64,000 bases of DNA from Sphingomonadaceae bacterium (lineage in GTDB: Bacteria > Chloroflexota > UBA6077), in assembly GCA_050261575.1 (NCBI GenBank), contig JBLNDL010000014.1, forward strand, positions 10,054-74,053. Reading direction: 5' to 3'. The notes beneath the pieces were generated by a model. The model had not been told where the DNA came from, searched no databases, and saw only the letters and a program-made list of their open reading frames with translations. A program made the position numbers and the translations under genes. Position 1 is the first letter of the stretch. The number at the start of each line of letters is the position of its first letter. Shown here piece by piece: positions 37,446 through 46,844 of this stretch.

Positions 37446-38207
37446 ATGTCCCACCTTCACATTCCCGACGGGGTGCTTCCCCTGTGGCTGGCCGGCTCCG
37501 GCTGGCTTCTGCTGGCGATCCTGTTGCTCCTGGCTCTCCGCCGAATGGGCAAGGAGGACCGCGGCCGTCGGCTTCCCCTCTTGGGGGTGATGTCGGCGGT
37601 GATGCTGATCGGAATGTCCACCGAGATCGTGCCCATCGCCTACCACACCAACCTGTCGGTGCTAGCGGGCATCGTGCTGGGGCCGGCTCTTGGCTTGGTG
37701 GCGGCATTCATCGTCAACCTGATGCTGGCCCTATTCGGCCACGGCGGCATCACCGTGGTGGGCCTGAACGCCTTGGTTCTGGGCTTCGAGGCCGCACTCG
37801 GCCACTACCTCTTCCGGGGGGTGTGGTCGCTGCTGAGCCGAAGGCAGCGGTCGCCCGCGATCGCCGCGGGGATCGCGACGGTGTTAGCGCTGCTGGCGAG
37901 CAGCTCCCTCATGGTCGCCATCGTCGGGCTATCGAACCTCGATCCGGCCTCTTCGGTCGTCGGGCACGTCGAGAGCCTCGGCTTCCGGAATCCCTTCGAG
38001 CATGGGCTGGTCTCGCAGGAGCTGCTCTCCCCCCAGGCGGGACACGAGGAAGAGGGGGAGGCGGCGGGGCGAATGGACCTCTTCTCCTTCGCCAGACTGG
38101 TGTTGCTGCTCGGTGTGGCAGGCTGGGCGTTGGAGGGCGTTCTCATCGGCGCGATCGTGGGTTTCGTGCACAGGGTCCGAAGCGATCTGGTTATCGAAGG
38201 GAAGTAG
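37446..38207 (+). CDS. CbiM/NikM-like ECF transporter S-component
   Basis: Starts MSHLHIPDG (conserved N-terminal His of CbiM/NikM), 6-7 TM helices. Confidence 0.7.
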   Translation: MSHLHIPDGVLPLWLAGSGWLLLAILLLLALRRMGKEDRGRRLPLLGVMSAVMLIGMSTEIVPIAYHTNLSVLAGIVLGPALGLVAAFIVNLMLALFGHGGITVVGLNALVLGFEAALGHYLFRGVWSLLSRRQRSPAIAAGIATVLALLASSSLMVAIVGLSNLDPASSVVGHVESLGFRNPFEHGLVSQELLSPQAGHEEEGEAAGRMDLFSFARLVLLLGVAGWALEGVLIGAIVGFVHRVRSDLVIEGK

Positions 38208-38208
38208 C

Positions 38209-40020
38209 ATGGACATAGCAGCCATCGACCACTGGGCCAACAGCGGAAGCAGCGGCCTGCATCGTTCCTCGGCTCTGGCGAAGGGGGTGGCGGCCCTGGG
38301 CTTCGTAGCCGCGGCGGTGATGGCCTCCAGCCCGTTCCTGCTGGCGGCACTCTACCTGCTGCTGGCCGCCGGAGTCTTCGCGACGAGGCTTCCCGCGCGG
38401 AAGCTCTTCGCCATCGCCGCCTATCCCACCCTGTTCGCCCTGCTGTTTGCCGCCAGTCGCTGGGATGGGAGCTTGGCGGCGCCGGCCGTGATCCTGTTGA
38501 AGGCCCTGACGGCGGCTCAAGCGATGGTGCTGCTGATCGCCACCACGCCGTACACCGATCTCTTCGCCGCGGTGGGTAGGGCGATGCCCGGCCTCCTGGC
38601 GGATGGCCTCTTCGTAACGTACCGCTCCTTCTTCGTGCTGCTCCGAGAGATGGACAGGATGGTGACGGCCGCGCGGCTGCGCGGAGGGCTTCGGCCGCGG
38701 CGGATATCCTCCAACCTGGGCGTCTTCAGTCGAGCCCTGGGCACGCTCCTGGTGCGGGCCGTGGAGCTGTCGGAGCGGCTGTACGCCGTGCTGCGGGTCC
38801 GCGGGTATCGCGGGCGGCTGATGGTGGGCGATCGGTGGCGTGCTCTCTCCTCCCACGACGTGATCCCGCTATCGACCGGCGCGGCCGCGCTGACGTTGGC
38901 GGTGTTCGCCTCCCTCCGGCCGGCGCTTTGGGCATCGGTGAACGGGGTGGTTCTCGTGGGCGCGGGGCTGCTGGCGGGGACCGCATTCCTCGCCCAAAGG
39001 GGACGCGGGGACGGGGGGAACGCAGGACTGAGGACTGGGGACTGGGGACTGAGGGATGAGGGGGAAGCGATCGGCAATCAGCGATCAGCGATCGGCAGTC
39101 GCCAGCCGGGATCCAGCATCCAGGGCCAAGAACCCACCACTCGTCACTCATCGCTCGCCACTCGGCACTCCTCGGACGAGGTCGCGCGGGTGAGCTGCGT
39201 ACGCCACCTCTACCCGGATGGCACGGAGGTGAGCCTGTGCGGGCTGGACTTCGTGGCTCATCGGGGCGAGCGGGTGGTGATCCTCGGACCGAACGGTGCC
39301 GGCAAGAGCACCCTGCTGAACCACCTGCTCGGCTTGCTCAGACCGGCGGAGGGAGAGGTGGTGGTGCTGGGGCACGATCCGGCGCGGGAGTTCGGTGAGA
39401 TCCAGCCCAGGATCGGCGTGCTGCTGCAGAACGTGGAGGAGCAGTTGCTGGGGCCGACCGTAGCCGACGACGTTGCCTTCGGCGCCCGCAACGCGGGTTT
39501 CGGCGAGGCGGAAGCGCGCGCGATGGCCGAGCGGGCCATGAAACGGCTGGGTGTCTTGCATCTGGCGGATAAGGTCCCGCACTACCTGTCAGGCGGGCAG
39601 AAGAGGAAGGTTGCCCTGGCGGGCGCACTGGTGACCGATCCGGAGATGCTGGTTCTGGACGAGCCTTTCGAGGGGCTAGATCCCCGCTCACGCGGCGAAT
39701 TGGTGGCGCTGCTGAACGATCTGCACCGCGAGCGCGGGATGGCGATCGTCGTGACCACCCACCACGTCGACCTGCTTCCTCTGCTGGCGGACACCGTCTA
39801 CCTGCTGGTGGACGGGGGGAGGATCGTGGCCAGCGGGACTCCGCAGGAGGTGTTCGCACGTCCGGAGCTGCTGAAGGAGTCGTCGATCGAGCCTCCCGCC
39901 ATCACACTGCTGTTTCAGAGGCTGGCGGAGGCGGGTCTCGATGTGGGGACGCCGGCGGACGTCGAGGATGCCGCGCGGCGGCTTCTGCGCGCCTTGGCGA
40001 CGGGTCGCGCCTCGGTATAG
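38209..40020 (+). CDS. apparent EcfT (CbiQ-like)-EcfA (CbiO-like ABC ATPase) fusion joined by a low-complexity linker
   Basis: N-terminal ~270 aa is polytopic membrane protein (EcfT-like); C-terminal ~280 aa has Walker A GPNGAGKST, LSGGQKRK, Walker B LVLDEP; one uninterrupted frame through a repeat-rich linker (nt ~39000-39180). Confidence 0.55.
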   Translation: MDIAAIDHWANSGSSGLHRSSALAKGVAALGFVAAAVMASSPFLLAALYLLLAAGVFATRLPARKLFAIAAYPTLFALLFAASRWDGSLAAPAVILLKALTAAQAMVLLIATTPYTDLFAAVGRAMPGLLADGLFVTYRSFFVLLREMDRMVTAARLRGGLRPRRISSNLGVFSRALGTLLVRAVELSERLYAVLRVRGYRGRLMVGDRWRALSSHDVIPLSTGAAALTLAVFASLRPALWASVNGVVLVGAGLLAGTAFLAQRGRGDGGNAGLRTGDWGLRDEGEAIGNQRSAIGSRQPGSSIQGQEPTTRHSSLATRHSSDEVARVSCVRHLYPDGTEVSLCGLDFVAHRGERVVILGPNGAGKSTLLNHLLGLLRPAEGEVVVLGHDPAREFGEIQPRIGVLLQNVEEQLLGPTVADDVAFGARNAGFGEAEARAMAERAMKRLGVLHLADKVPHYLSGGQKRKVALAGALVTDPEMLVLDEPFEGLDPRSRGELVALLNDLHRERGMAIVVTTHHVDLLPLLADTVYLLVDGGRIVASGTPQEVFARPELLKESSIEPPAITLLFQRLAEAGLDVGTPADVEDAARRLLRALATGRASV

Positions 40021-40064
40021 TGGGGCGCGTGGGGGCGGGGAGAGAGTTTGAGGCCCTCACCCCC

Positions 40065-42185
40065 TTAGCCCACGGGCTGGACTTCCTCACGAGGCCGAAC
40101 CTCTACCGGCTGCGCGCGCCCTCCCCAGTCCGTTCTGCGTCGCCTCAGCACGACCTCGCCGCCGTCGGACGCGCCGTCCATCTGGAAGCGGGCGACGGCC
40201 GACTGCAACCGCTCTGCCATTTGGGCGAGATGCTGGGCCTGGGCCACCATCTCCTGCACCTGGGCGCTCATCTCCTCGGTGGAGGCGCTCACCTCCTGGG
40301 CCGAGGCGCTGGTCTCCTCGCTGACCGCCGCGACCTTCTCGATCGAGGTGGCGACTTGCTGGCTGGACTGGGCCATACTGCGCGCGGCGGCCCGCGATTC
40401 CTCGGCGACCGTCTCCACCGAGTCCATCGCGGCAACCACCTCCTTGGAGGCGGACTCCATCTGCTGGACCGTTCCGGCGATCTGGGTCACCTGACCTGCA
40501 GCGACCTCGACGGCGGACAGGATGTTCTTGAGTGCCTCTCCGGCCTCCTCGGCGAAACGGGACCCAAGCTCTACTTCCTTGGTGCCACGGTTCATCGCGT
40601 TGACGGCCTCCTGGGTCCCCTTCTGCACCTGCGTGATGAGGTCTGCGATCTCCCTGGTGGACTTGGCCGACCGCTCGGCCAGTTTGCGCACCTCGTCGGC
40701 CACCACCGCGAAGCCCCGCCCGTGCTCGCCTGCCCGCGCCGCCTCAATCGCCGCGTTCAGCGCCAGCAAATTGGTCTGCTCGGCTATGTCGCTGATGGTC
40801 TCCACGATGGTGCCGATCTGTTCGGAGTACGCCTCCAACTCCTGGATCTTGTCGGCGGCTCTGGTGGTGGTGGCTCTGATTGCCGCCATGCCTTTCGCCG
40901 ACTTGCGCACGGTCTCCGCTCCGGAGACCGCGGCTTCCTGGGCTGCGCGGGCGGAGGCGGACACCTCCTTCGAGGCCGATGCCACCCTGGAGATGGAGCT
41001 GTTCAATTGGCTAACCGAGGAGGATGCCCTCTCGACGGCCCGAGACTGCTCGTCGGTTCCTCTGGCAATCTGCTCGATGGAGCGGGAGAGTAGCTCCACC
41101 GAGGCGGAGGTCTCCTGGACAGCGACCGCTTGCTCCTGGTTGCCTGTGGCGACTTGCTGGATGGTGGTTGCGATCTGTTGGGTGGCGGAGCCGGCCTGGT
41201 CCGAGGCCGTCAGGAGCCGCTGGCTGGCTCCAGCCAGATCCGAGGCGGAGACGGAGACACTGCCGACCATCTCTCGCAGGTTGGCGACCATTCGGTTGAA
41301 AGCGTTCCCGAGAGCGTCCCTGTCGGAGCGGGGCACGACTTCGCGGGAGAGGTCGCCGCGAGCCAACCGCTCGGCGACTGAGACCATCTCCTTCAGATAG
41401 TCGATCAGCCGGCAGAACGCTGCAACCACCTGACCCACTTCGTCGCGGCTCCCCGCCTGGAGTTCGAGCTTCTGATCCACGTCTCCCAGGGCCAATCCTT
41501 CCGCCGCGACCTCGATGCGGCGCAACCCGCCCGTGATCGATCTAGAGAGGAGGAAGGCGATAGTCACGCTGATGACCAGGGCCAGAGTGATGAGAAGGAG
41601 CATCTGGGTGCGCGCGGCGTCGTACTGGCTGCGGGAGTCGGTGTAGGCGGCCTCGGCTTGGCGCTGCATCTGTGCCACCAGGAGGTCCATGGCCTCGATG
41701 ACTGCGGCATCGCTGGTCTGTATCTGGATGATCAGTCCCCGCATCTCCGGCAGCATCTCGACCCCGCTGGCCTGCTTGCCAGAGGCGGCGGTGCGGAGAA
41801 GGATATCGTGGAGGAACAGTCCCTTCTCTCTGGCATCGCGCACCCTGGCCAGGGCCTCCTTGCCCTCTGTCGTGCTCAGGAGGGGTTCCAGTTCCTTCAA
41901 CCTGTCTTGGAGCGCTGTGTCGGCTTTCGCCCAGTCCTGGGAGGCCTTGTCGATCGCCTCTCTGTCCGCAGCGAGGGCCGCGTCGCGAAGGGCGACACCC
42001 ATCTCGGACAGGTTCATCTTGGCATCGTTGACCTTGGAGATGCCCTGGCCTTGATTGAGGTACATCTCGTCGACCATTCGATTGACGGCGGTCATCTTGT
42101 CGATGCCGACCCAGCCCACCGCCATCATCAGAGCCAAGACCGTCGCGAACCCGGCGAGCAGCCTAAGCCGCATGGTGACTCGCAT
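40065..42185 (-). CDS. methyl-accepting chemotaxis protein (4HB-type sensor, HAMP, MCP signalling domain)
   Basis: N-terminal TM-sensor-TM, HAMP, highly conserved MCP signalling core (...[16 protein letters not shown]...); RBS AAAGGAG. Confidence 0.85.
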   Translation of the reverse strand: MRVTMRLRLLAGFATVLALMMAVGWVGIDKMTAVNRMVDEMYLNQGQGISKVNDAKMNLSEMGVALRDAALAADREAIDKASQDWAKADTALQDRLKELEPLLSTTEGKEALARVRDAREKGLFLHDILLRTAASGKQASGVEMLPEMRGLIIQIQTSDAAVIEAMDLLVAQMQRQAEAAYTDSRSQYDAARTQMLLLITLALVISVTIAFLLSRSITGGLRRIEVAAEGLALGDVDQKLELQAGSRDEVGQVVAAFCRLIDYLKEMVSVAERLARGDLSREVVPRSDRDALGNAFNRMVANLREMVGSVSVSASDLAGASQRLLTASDQAGSATQQIATTIQQVATGNQEQAVAVQETSASVELLSRSIEQIARGTDEQSRAVERASSSVSQLNSSISRVASASKEVSASARAAQEAAVSGAETVRKSAKGMAAIRATTTRAADKIQELEAYSEQIGTIVETISDIAEQTNLLALNAAIEAARAGEHGRGFAVVADEVRKLAERSAKSTREIADLITQVQKGTQEAVNAMNRGTKEVELGSRFAEEAGEALKNILSAVEVAAGQVTQIAGTVQQMESASKEVVAAMDSVETVAEESRAAARSMAQSSQQVATSIEKVAAVSEETSASAQEVSASTEEMSAQVQEMVAQAQHLAQMAERLQSAVARFQMDGASDGGEVVLRRRRTDWGGRAQPVEVRPREEVQPVG

Positions 42186-42411
42186 TCCCGTTGCTCCTTT
42201 CCGCTGGCCGACGACGACCAACAGCAGTACTGGACAGGTATACGTGCAATGGTCACTAGGACCCCAAGAAGTAGTATCGGCAACTCTCCGCAACCTCTGT
42301 AGAGGTAGCGGGGTTGGTTGGGAGTGGGGTTTCACCAACCTCCTTGACAGGGGGACTGTGCCGCCACAGAATGTGCGGGGGTGCACAAACTCACTCGGGG
42401 TGGTGGGAGCG

Positions 42412-43623
42412 ATGGCCAGGGGACTCACGGGGTTGCGGGTTCTCGATCTCTCACAGGCGCTGTCTGGCCCCTATGCGGGGATGATCCTGGGCGACTTGGG
42501 GGCAGAGGTCATCAAGATCGAGCCCCCGGGCGGTGAGATCTTTCGTAATCTGGGGCCCTACTATCGGGGTGGGTGGAGCAGCTACTTCGTGAGCATTCAC
42601 CGGAACAAGAAGGGGGTAGTGCTGGATCTCAAGAAGGAGGGAGGTCGCCAAGCCTTCCTGGATCTGGCCAAGGTCTCCGACGTGGTGCTGAACAATTTCA
42701 GGCCGGGGGTTCTGGAGCGGTTGGGGATCCCCTACTCGCTGATGAAGGACGTCAACCCCCGGGTGATCGTGGCCTCCATCACGGGCTACGGCTCCACCGG
42801 CAGTTGCCGCCACAAGACCGCCTTCGATCTCGCCGTGCAGGCGGCTAGTGGGGTGCTCAGCGTGACCGGTACCGAGGATGGGGAGCTGGTGAAGTGCGGC
42901 GTGCCGGTGGCGGACCTGGCGGCTGGCATGTTCGCGGTGATCGGGATCCTCACGGCGCTCCGGGAGCGGGAGGTAAGCGGCCAGGGGCAACACGTGGACG
43001 TTTCCATGTTCGACACGCAGCTATCGATGCTGAGCTACCAGATCTCCTGGTACACCTCCAGCGGGGACGTTCCGAAACCGATAGGGACGAGCCACCTCGG
43101 GTTGGAGCCATACGGGGCGTACAAGACTAAGGACGGCTACCTGGTATGGACTATCGGCACCGAGGACTTCTGGCGCCAGCTTTGCCGGGTGCTGGGGGTG
43201 CCCGATCTCGCCTTCGATCCCCGTTTCGACACCGTCAAGAACCGGCACGAGAACCGAGCCGAGTTGAAGCGGATCCTGGAGGAGATTCTATCCACCCGGA
43301 CGACGTCCGAGTGGATGGTGGTGATGGAGAAGGCGGGCATTCCGGCGGCGCCCGTGAACAACCTGGCCCAAGCGCTAGAGGAGCCCTGCGTTCGGGAGCG
43401 GCACATGCTGGTCGAGGTGGACCAGCCCGGATATGGGAAGGCTTACATTGCCGGGAATCCGGTGAAGCTCTCTCGCACCGGCGGCGAGGAGTTCACTCCC
43501 ACGCCTGCCTTGGGTGAGCACACAGTGGAGGTTCTGCGGGAAGTGGCGGGCTACTCCGCGGCCAAGATCGAGCAACTGCTGAGCGAGAAGTCCGCCGTGC
43601 AGGGTCAACTCCTCACGGTCTGA
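42412..43623 (+). CDS. family III CoA-transferase (CaiB/BaiF)
   Basis: [31 protein letters not shown]-terminus and conserved Asp region; the 5' 350 nt of track ORF 42055.. is non-coding leader. Confidence 0.8.
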   Translation: MARGLTGLRVLDLSQALSGPYAGMILGDLGAEVIKIEPPGGEIFRNLGPYYRGGWSSYFVSIHRNKKGVVLDLKKEGGRQAFLDLAKVSDVVLNNFRPGVLERLGIPYSLMKDVNPRVIVASITGYGSTGSCRHKTAFDLAVQAASGVLSVTGTEDGELVKCGVPVADLAAGMFAVIGILTALREREVSGQGQHVDVSMFDTQLSMLSYQISWYTSSGDVPKPIGTSHLGLEPYGAYKTKDGYLVWTIGTEDFWRQLCRVLGVPDLAFDPRFDTVKNRHENRAELKRILEEILSTRTTSEWMVVMEKAGIPAAPVNNLAQALEEPCVRERHMLVEVDQPGYGKAYIAGNPVKLSRTGGEEFTPTPALGEHTVEVLREVAGYSAAKIEQLLSEKSAVQGQLLTV

Positions 43624-43826
43624 GTGCGCAGCTTTGCCGTCGCGACTTGGAGTGATCGAAGGATGAATGGAGGGCGGGGCAGCCTCTTGCCCGCAGAGAC
43701 GCCCACACGAGCGAGCCTGTCCGGCAGTGGCGCGCCGGTTGGCAAGGGTGACGGGGGCGATGGCTGCCGTGTCGGGTTTCGGTCCCGAACCTGGCTATCG
43801 GGTCAAACCCGCGACGATGGAGAAGG

Positions 43827-43877
43827 ACAGGGAGTGGCCGGCTGGGTGCGAGCGACACCCGGCCGGCCACTCCCTGT
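43827..43877. repeat. long hairpin related to family H (loop CGAGCGA), copy 7
   Basis: ACAGGGAGTGGCCGG(CTGGGTG-CGAGCGA-CACCCGG)CCGGCCACTCCCTGT; 15-bp perfect outer stem. Confidence 0.5.
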
Positions 43878-43894
43878 TGGCGGGCACTATTCGG

Positions 43895-44134
43895 ATGGGA
43901 GGTAGGCAGTTGGGCTACATCGAGATCGAGGAGGAGCGCTGCAAGGGGTGCGAACTGTGCGGCGAGGCTTGTCCCAGGCATCTCATTCACCTCTCGTCGG
44001 CACGGATCAACCGCCTCGGCTACCGTCCCGCAGAATTCGGCCAGGAGGAGGTGAATGGCAGGGGTAAGGGGTGCACCGGTTGCGCAGTGTGCGCCCTCGT
44101 ATGTCCCGAGACAGCGATAGCAGTCTACAGGTGA
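43895..44134 (+). CDS. 2-oxoacid:ferredoxin oxidoreductase delta (ferredoxin) subunit
   Basis: CKGCELCGEACP and CTGCAVCALVCP; ~79 aa; alternative start at 43817. Confidence 0.55.
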   Translation: MGGRQLGYIEIEEERCKGCELCGEACPRHLIHLSSARINRLGYRPAEFGQEEVNGRGKGCTGCAVCALVCPETAIAVYR

Positions 44135-44252
44135 GTGCAGGGTGCTGAGTCCTCTCCCTCTCTCAAGAGGAGAGGGAGCGACTCCGGTCCCAAAAGGATC
44201 GGGGAGCCCGCTGTCTCCCAAAAGGAGAAGTGGATCGTGAAGGTGAGGGCAA

Positions 44253-45347
44253 ATGGCAGCACGACTGGAAACTGTCACGAGAACCGGGATACGCGTGCTG
44301 ATGGAGGGCAACGAGGCCATCGGCGAAGGTGCGATACGCGCCGGATGTGATGCCTACTTCGGCTACCCAATCACTCCTCAGACCGAACTGCTGGAGTACA
44401 TGGCGCGGAGGATGCCGGCACTGGGGAGGGTGTTCGTACAGGCCGAGAGCGAGGTTGCGGCGATCAACATGGTGCTCGGAGCCGCGGCGACCGGTGCCAG
44501 GGCGATGACCTCTTCCTCCAGCCCGGGCATCAGTCTGAAGCAGGAGGGCATATCCTACCTGGCCGGCAACGAGTTGCCGGCGGTCATCGTGAACGTGATG
44601 AGGGGAGGCCCGGGGCTGGGGAACGTCGCCCCCGCCCAAGGCGACTACTTCCAGGCCACCAAGGGAGGTGGCCACGGTGTCTACCATCCCATCGTTCTTG
44701 CCCCCGCTTCCGTGCAGGAGGCCATGGACCTCACGGCTCTCGCTTTCGACCTGGCGGATCGCTACCGCAATCCGGTCATGGTGCTGGCCGACGGCGTAAT
44801 CGGCCAGACGGTCGAGCCGGTCGAACTCCACGACTACCAGATGCCATCGGACCTTCCGGCGAAGGATTGGGCGCTGGGGAGCAGTGCCGGCAGGCGGAGG
44901 CGGATTCTGCAGTCGATTGGGTTGGAGCCGGAGGTGCTGGAGCCGCGAAACCAGCGGCTGGTGCGGAAGTATGAGGCGATCGAGGAGAGGGAGGTGCGCT
45001 GGGCGGGGGCCTATCTGGAGGATGCCCAGTTGGCGGTGGTGGCGTTCGGGACCCCGGCCAGGGTGGGACTGAGCGCCGTCAGGGCGGCGCGATCGGCCGG
45101 CATCCCCGCGGGCCTCTTCCGGCCGATCACGCTGTTCCCCTTCCCGGGGCGAGAGATCGCGGCGTTGGCGAGTCGTGTCCGCGGGTTGCTGGTGGTGGAG
45201 CTGAACCAGGGCCAGATGGTGGAGGACGTGCAGAGGGTGGTCGCAGGGAGGGTGCCCGTCGGCTTCGTGGGGCGTCTCGGGGGCTTCGTCGTGACGCCCG
45301 AGGAGGTGGTGTCCGCCCTGAGGGAGCTGTGGGGGGTGACGAGATGA
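44253..45347 (+). CDS. 2-oxoacid:ferredoxin oxidoreductase alpha subunit
   Basis: KorA/PorA-like: MEGNEAIGEGAIRAGC..YFGYPITPQTE conserved N-terminus. Confidence 0.8.
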   Translation: MAARLETVTRTGIRVLMEGNEAIGEGAIRAGCDAYFGYPITPQTELLEYMARRMPALGRVFVQAESEVAAINMVLGAAATGARAMTSSSSPGISLKQEGISYLAGNELPAVIVNVMRGGPGLGNVAPAQGDYFQATKGGGHGVYHPIVLAPASVQEAMDLTALAFDLADRYRNPVMVLADGVIGQTVEPVELHDYQMPSDLPAKDWALGSSAGRRRRILQSIGLEPEVLEPRNQRLVRKYEAIEEREVRWAGAYLEDAQLAVVAFGTPARVGLSAVRAARSAGIPAGLFRPITLFPFPGREIAALASRVRGLLVVELNQGQMVEDVQRVVAGRVPVGFVGRLGGFVVTPEEVVSALRELWGVTR

Positions 45348-46114
45348 GCACGACTGCAACTGCCCAGCGGGTGTTCAGCCGGCCGCGCTGCCTCTCAGCC
45401 ACCGTTACCCACTACTGCCGCGGTTGCGGCCACGGCGTGGTCCACAGGCTGGTGGCCGAGGCGATAGACGAGTTGGGGCTCCAGGAGCGTGCGCTGGGGG
45501 TCTGGCCGGTGGGGTGCAGCGTCTTCGGGTACAACTACTTCGAGTTCGACGGCTGCGAGGCCGCGCACGGGCGCGCCCCGGCGGTGGCCACCGGAATCAA
45601 GCGGGTGCATCCCGAGCTGTTCGTGTTCGCCTACCAGGGAGACGGCGACCTGGGGGCGATCGGCACAGCCGAGATCGTGCACGCGGCCGCGAGGGGGGAG
45701 AACATCACCATCGTCTTCGTGAACAACGCCGTCTACGGCATGACGGGCGGGCAGATGGCGCCGACGACCCTGCCGGGGCAACGGACCACCTCGACCCCTA
45801 CGGGGCGGGAGACGGCGAAGGCAGGGTATCCCATCCGGATCAGCGAGATGCTGGCGACCCTGGAGGGACCGCGCTACATCACACGCGTGGCTGTGCACAG
45901 TCCGGGGGCGATTCGAAGGGCTGGGGCGGCGATCCGCAGAGCCTTCAAGTGCCAGGAGGCGGGACTGGGCTTCTCTCTGGTGGAGGTGCTGTCTCCCTGC
46001 CCAACGAACTGGGGGGTGAGCCCGAAGGAGTCCCTGAAGTGGTTGGAGGAGCGGATGATGCCCTACTACCCGGTGGGTGACATCAAAGTGGTTCCGGCCG
46101 TGGACGCGTTGTGA
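45344..46114 (+). CDS. 2-oxoacid:ferredoxin oxidoreductase beta (TPP-binding) subunit
   Basis: CRGCGHG, GDGDLGAIG TPP motif; ATGA overlap with alpha subunit. Confidence 0.8.
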   Translation: MSTTATAQRVFSRPRCLSATVTHYCRGCGHGVVHRLVAEAIDELGLQERALGVWPVGCSVFGYNYFEFDGCEAAHGRAPAVATGIKRVHPELFVFAYQGDGDLGAIGTAEIVHAAARGENITIVFVNNAVYGMTGGQMAPTTLPGQRTTSTPTGRETAKAGYPIRISEMLATLEGPRYITRVAVHSPGAIRRAGAAIRRAFKCQEAGLGFSLVEVLSPCPTNWGVSPKESLKWLEERMMPYYPVGDIKVVPAVDAL

Positions 46115-46128
46115 GGGGAGGTCGTCAG

Positions 46129-46695
46129 ATGGAGCAGGACCACGAGATCATCATAGCCGGCTTCGGCGGGCAGGGTGTCCTGTTTGCCGGGATGCTGCTA
46201 GCTCATGCCGCCCTTCACTGCGACCGCAACGTGGCGTGGATCCCATCGTACGGGCCGGAGATGCGGGGGGGAACAGCCAGGTGCACCGTGATCCTCTCGC
46301 ACGAGGAGGTGGGGTCTCCTATCGTCAGCTATCCATCGTCTGCGATAGTGATGAACGAACCCTCTCTGGCGAAGTTTGGTCCGAGAGTGCGTTCGGGTGG
46401 GGTACTGGTGATCAACCGTTCCCTGGCAAAGGCCCCATTCTGCAGGGACGACATCCGCGTGCTGGAGGTCGCGGCGAACGAGATCGCCGCGCGGCTCGGG
46501 AGTGACCGGGCGGCGAACATGGTGGCATTGGGGGCCTTGCTTCGCGCCACAGGCGCCCTACCTATAGATGTGGTGGAGGCGGCGATGCCCGATGCCCTGG
46601 GGCCGGGCAAAGAGCGATTCGTCGAGTCGAACGTCGAGGCGCTGCGGACGGGTGCCGCGCTAGCAGGCGAGCTGCTGAGGGTGCCGGTCGGGTAG
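46129..46695 (+). CDS. 2-oxoacid:ferredoxin oxidoreductase gamma subunit
   Basis: IIIAGFGGQGVLFAG... gamma-subunit signature. Confidence 0.75.
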   Translation: MEQDHEIIIAGFGGQGVLFAGMLLAHAALHCDRNVAWIPSYGPEMRGGTARCTVILSHEEVGSPIVSYPSSAIVMNEPSLAKFGPRVRSGGVLVINRSLAKAPFCRDDIRVLEVAANEIAARLGSDRAANMVALGALLRATGALPIDVVEAAMPDALGPGKERFVESNVEALRTGAALAGELLRVPVG

Positions 46696-46730
46696 CGGGG
46701 CCAATCGACTGGGTGCGGAGTCGCGATGAG

Positions 46731-46766
46731 AGGGCGGCCATCCCGGAACGCCGGGATGGCCGCCCT
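46731..46766 (+). terminator. GC-rich hairpin downstream of the OFOR operon
   Basis: AGGGCGGCCATCCCGG-AACG-CCGGGATGGCCGCCCT, 16-bp perfect stem. Confidence 0.5.
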
Positions 46767-46771
46767 GTGGG

Positions 46772-46844
46772 TCTAAGCAGGTATCTCTAGTTCATGTCAA
46801 CCGTTCCGGCGGGATCTGTACTCAGTCCGGAGATACCTGCTCAG
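46772..46844 (+). mobile_element. MITE-like ~72-bp element with ~18-bp terminal inverted repeats, copy 1
   Basis: CTAAGCAGGTATCTCTAG...CCGGAGATACCTGCTCAG; right TIR supplies the TGA stop of the minus-strand MCP gene. Confidence 0.55.

Noticed and set aside
38002-38208. Upstream extension of the EcfT-EcfA ORF overlapping cbiM in another frame
   Set aside because: The in-frame ATG at 38209 directly after the cbiM stop is the parsimonious start, and the extension has no RBS.
39000-39180. Short tandem repeats (GGACTGAG/GACTGGG units; GATCGGCAATCAGCGATCAGCGATCGGCAG) considered as a CRISPR array or VNTR locus
   Set aside because: Units are 7-10 nt with no spacer/repeat architecture. They lie inside an open reading frame linking EcfT and EcfA domains, so they are treated as a low-complexity linker.
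42330-42370. TTGACA plus CTGTGCCGCCACAG dyad upstream of the CoA-transferase gene as a regulator site
   Set aside because: Short (5-bp arms) GC-rich dyads are frequent in this DNA, and there is no paired -10 element. Too weak to call.
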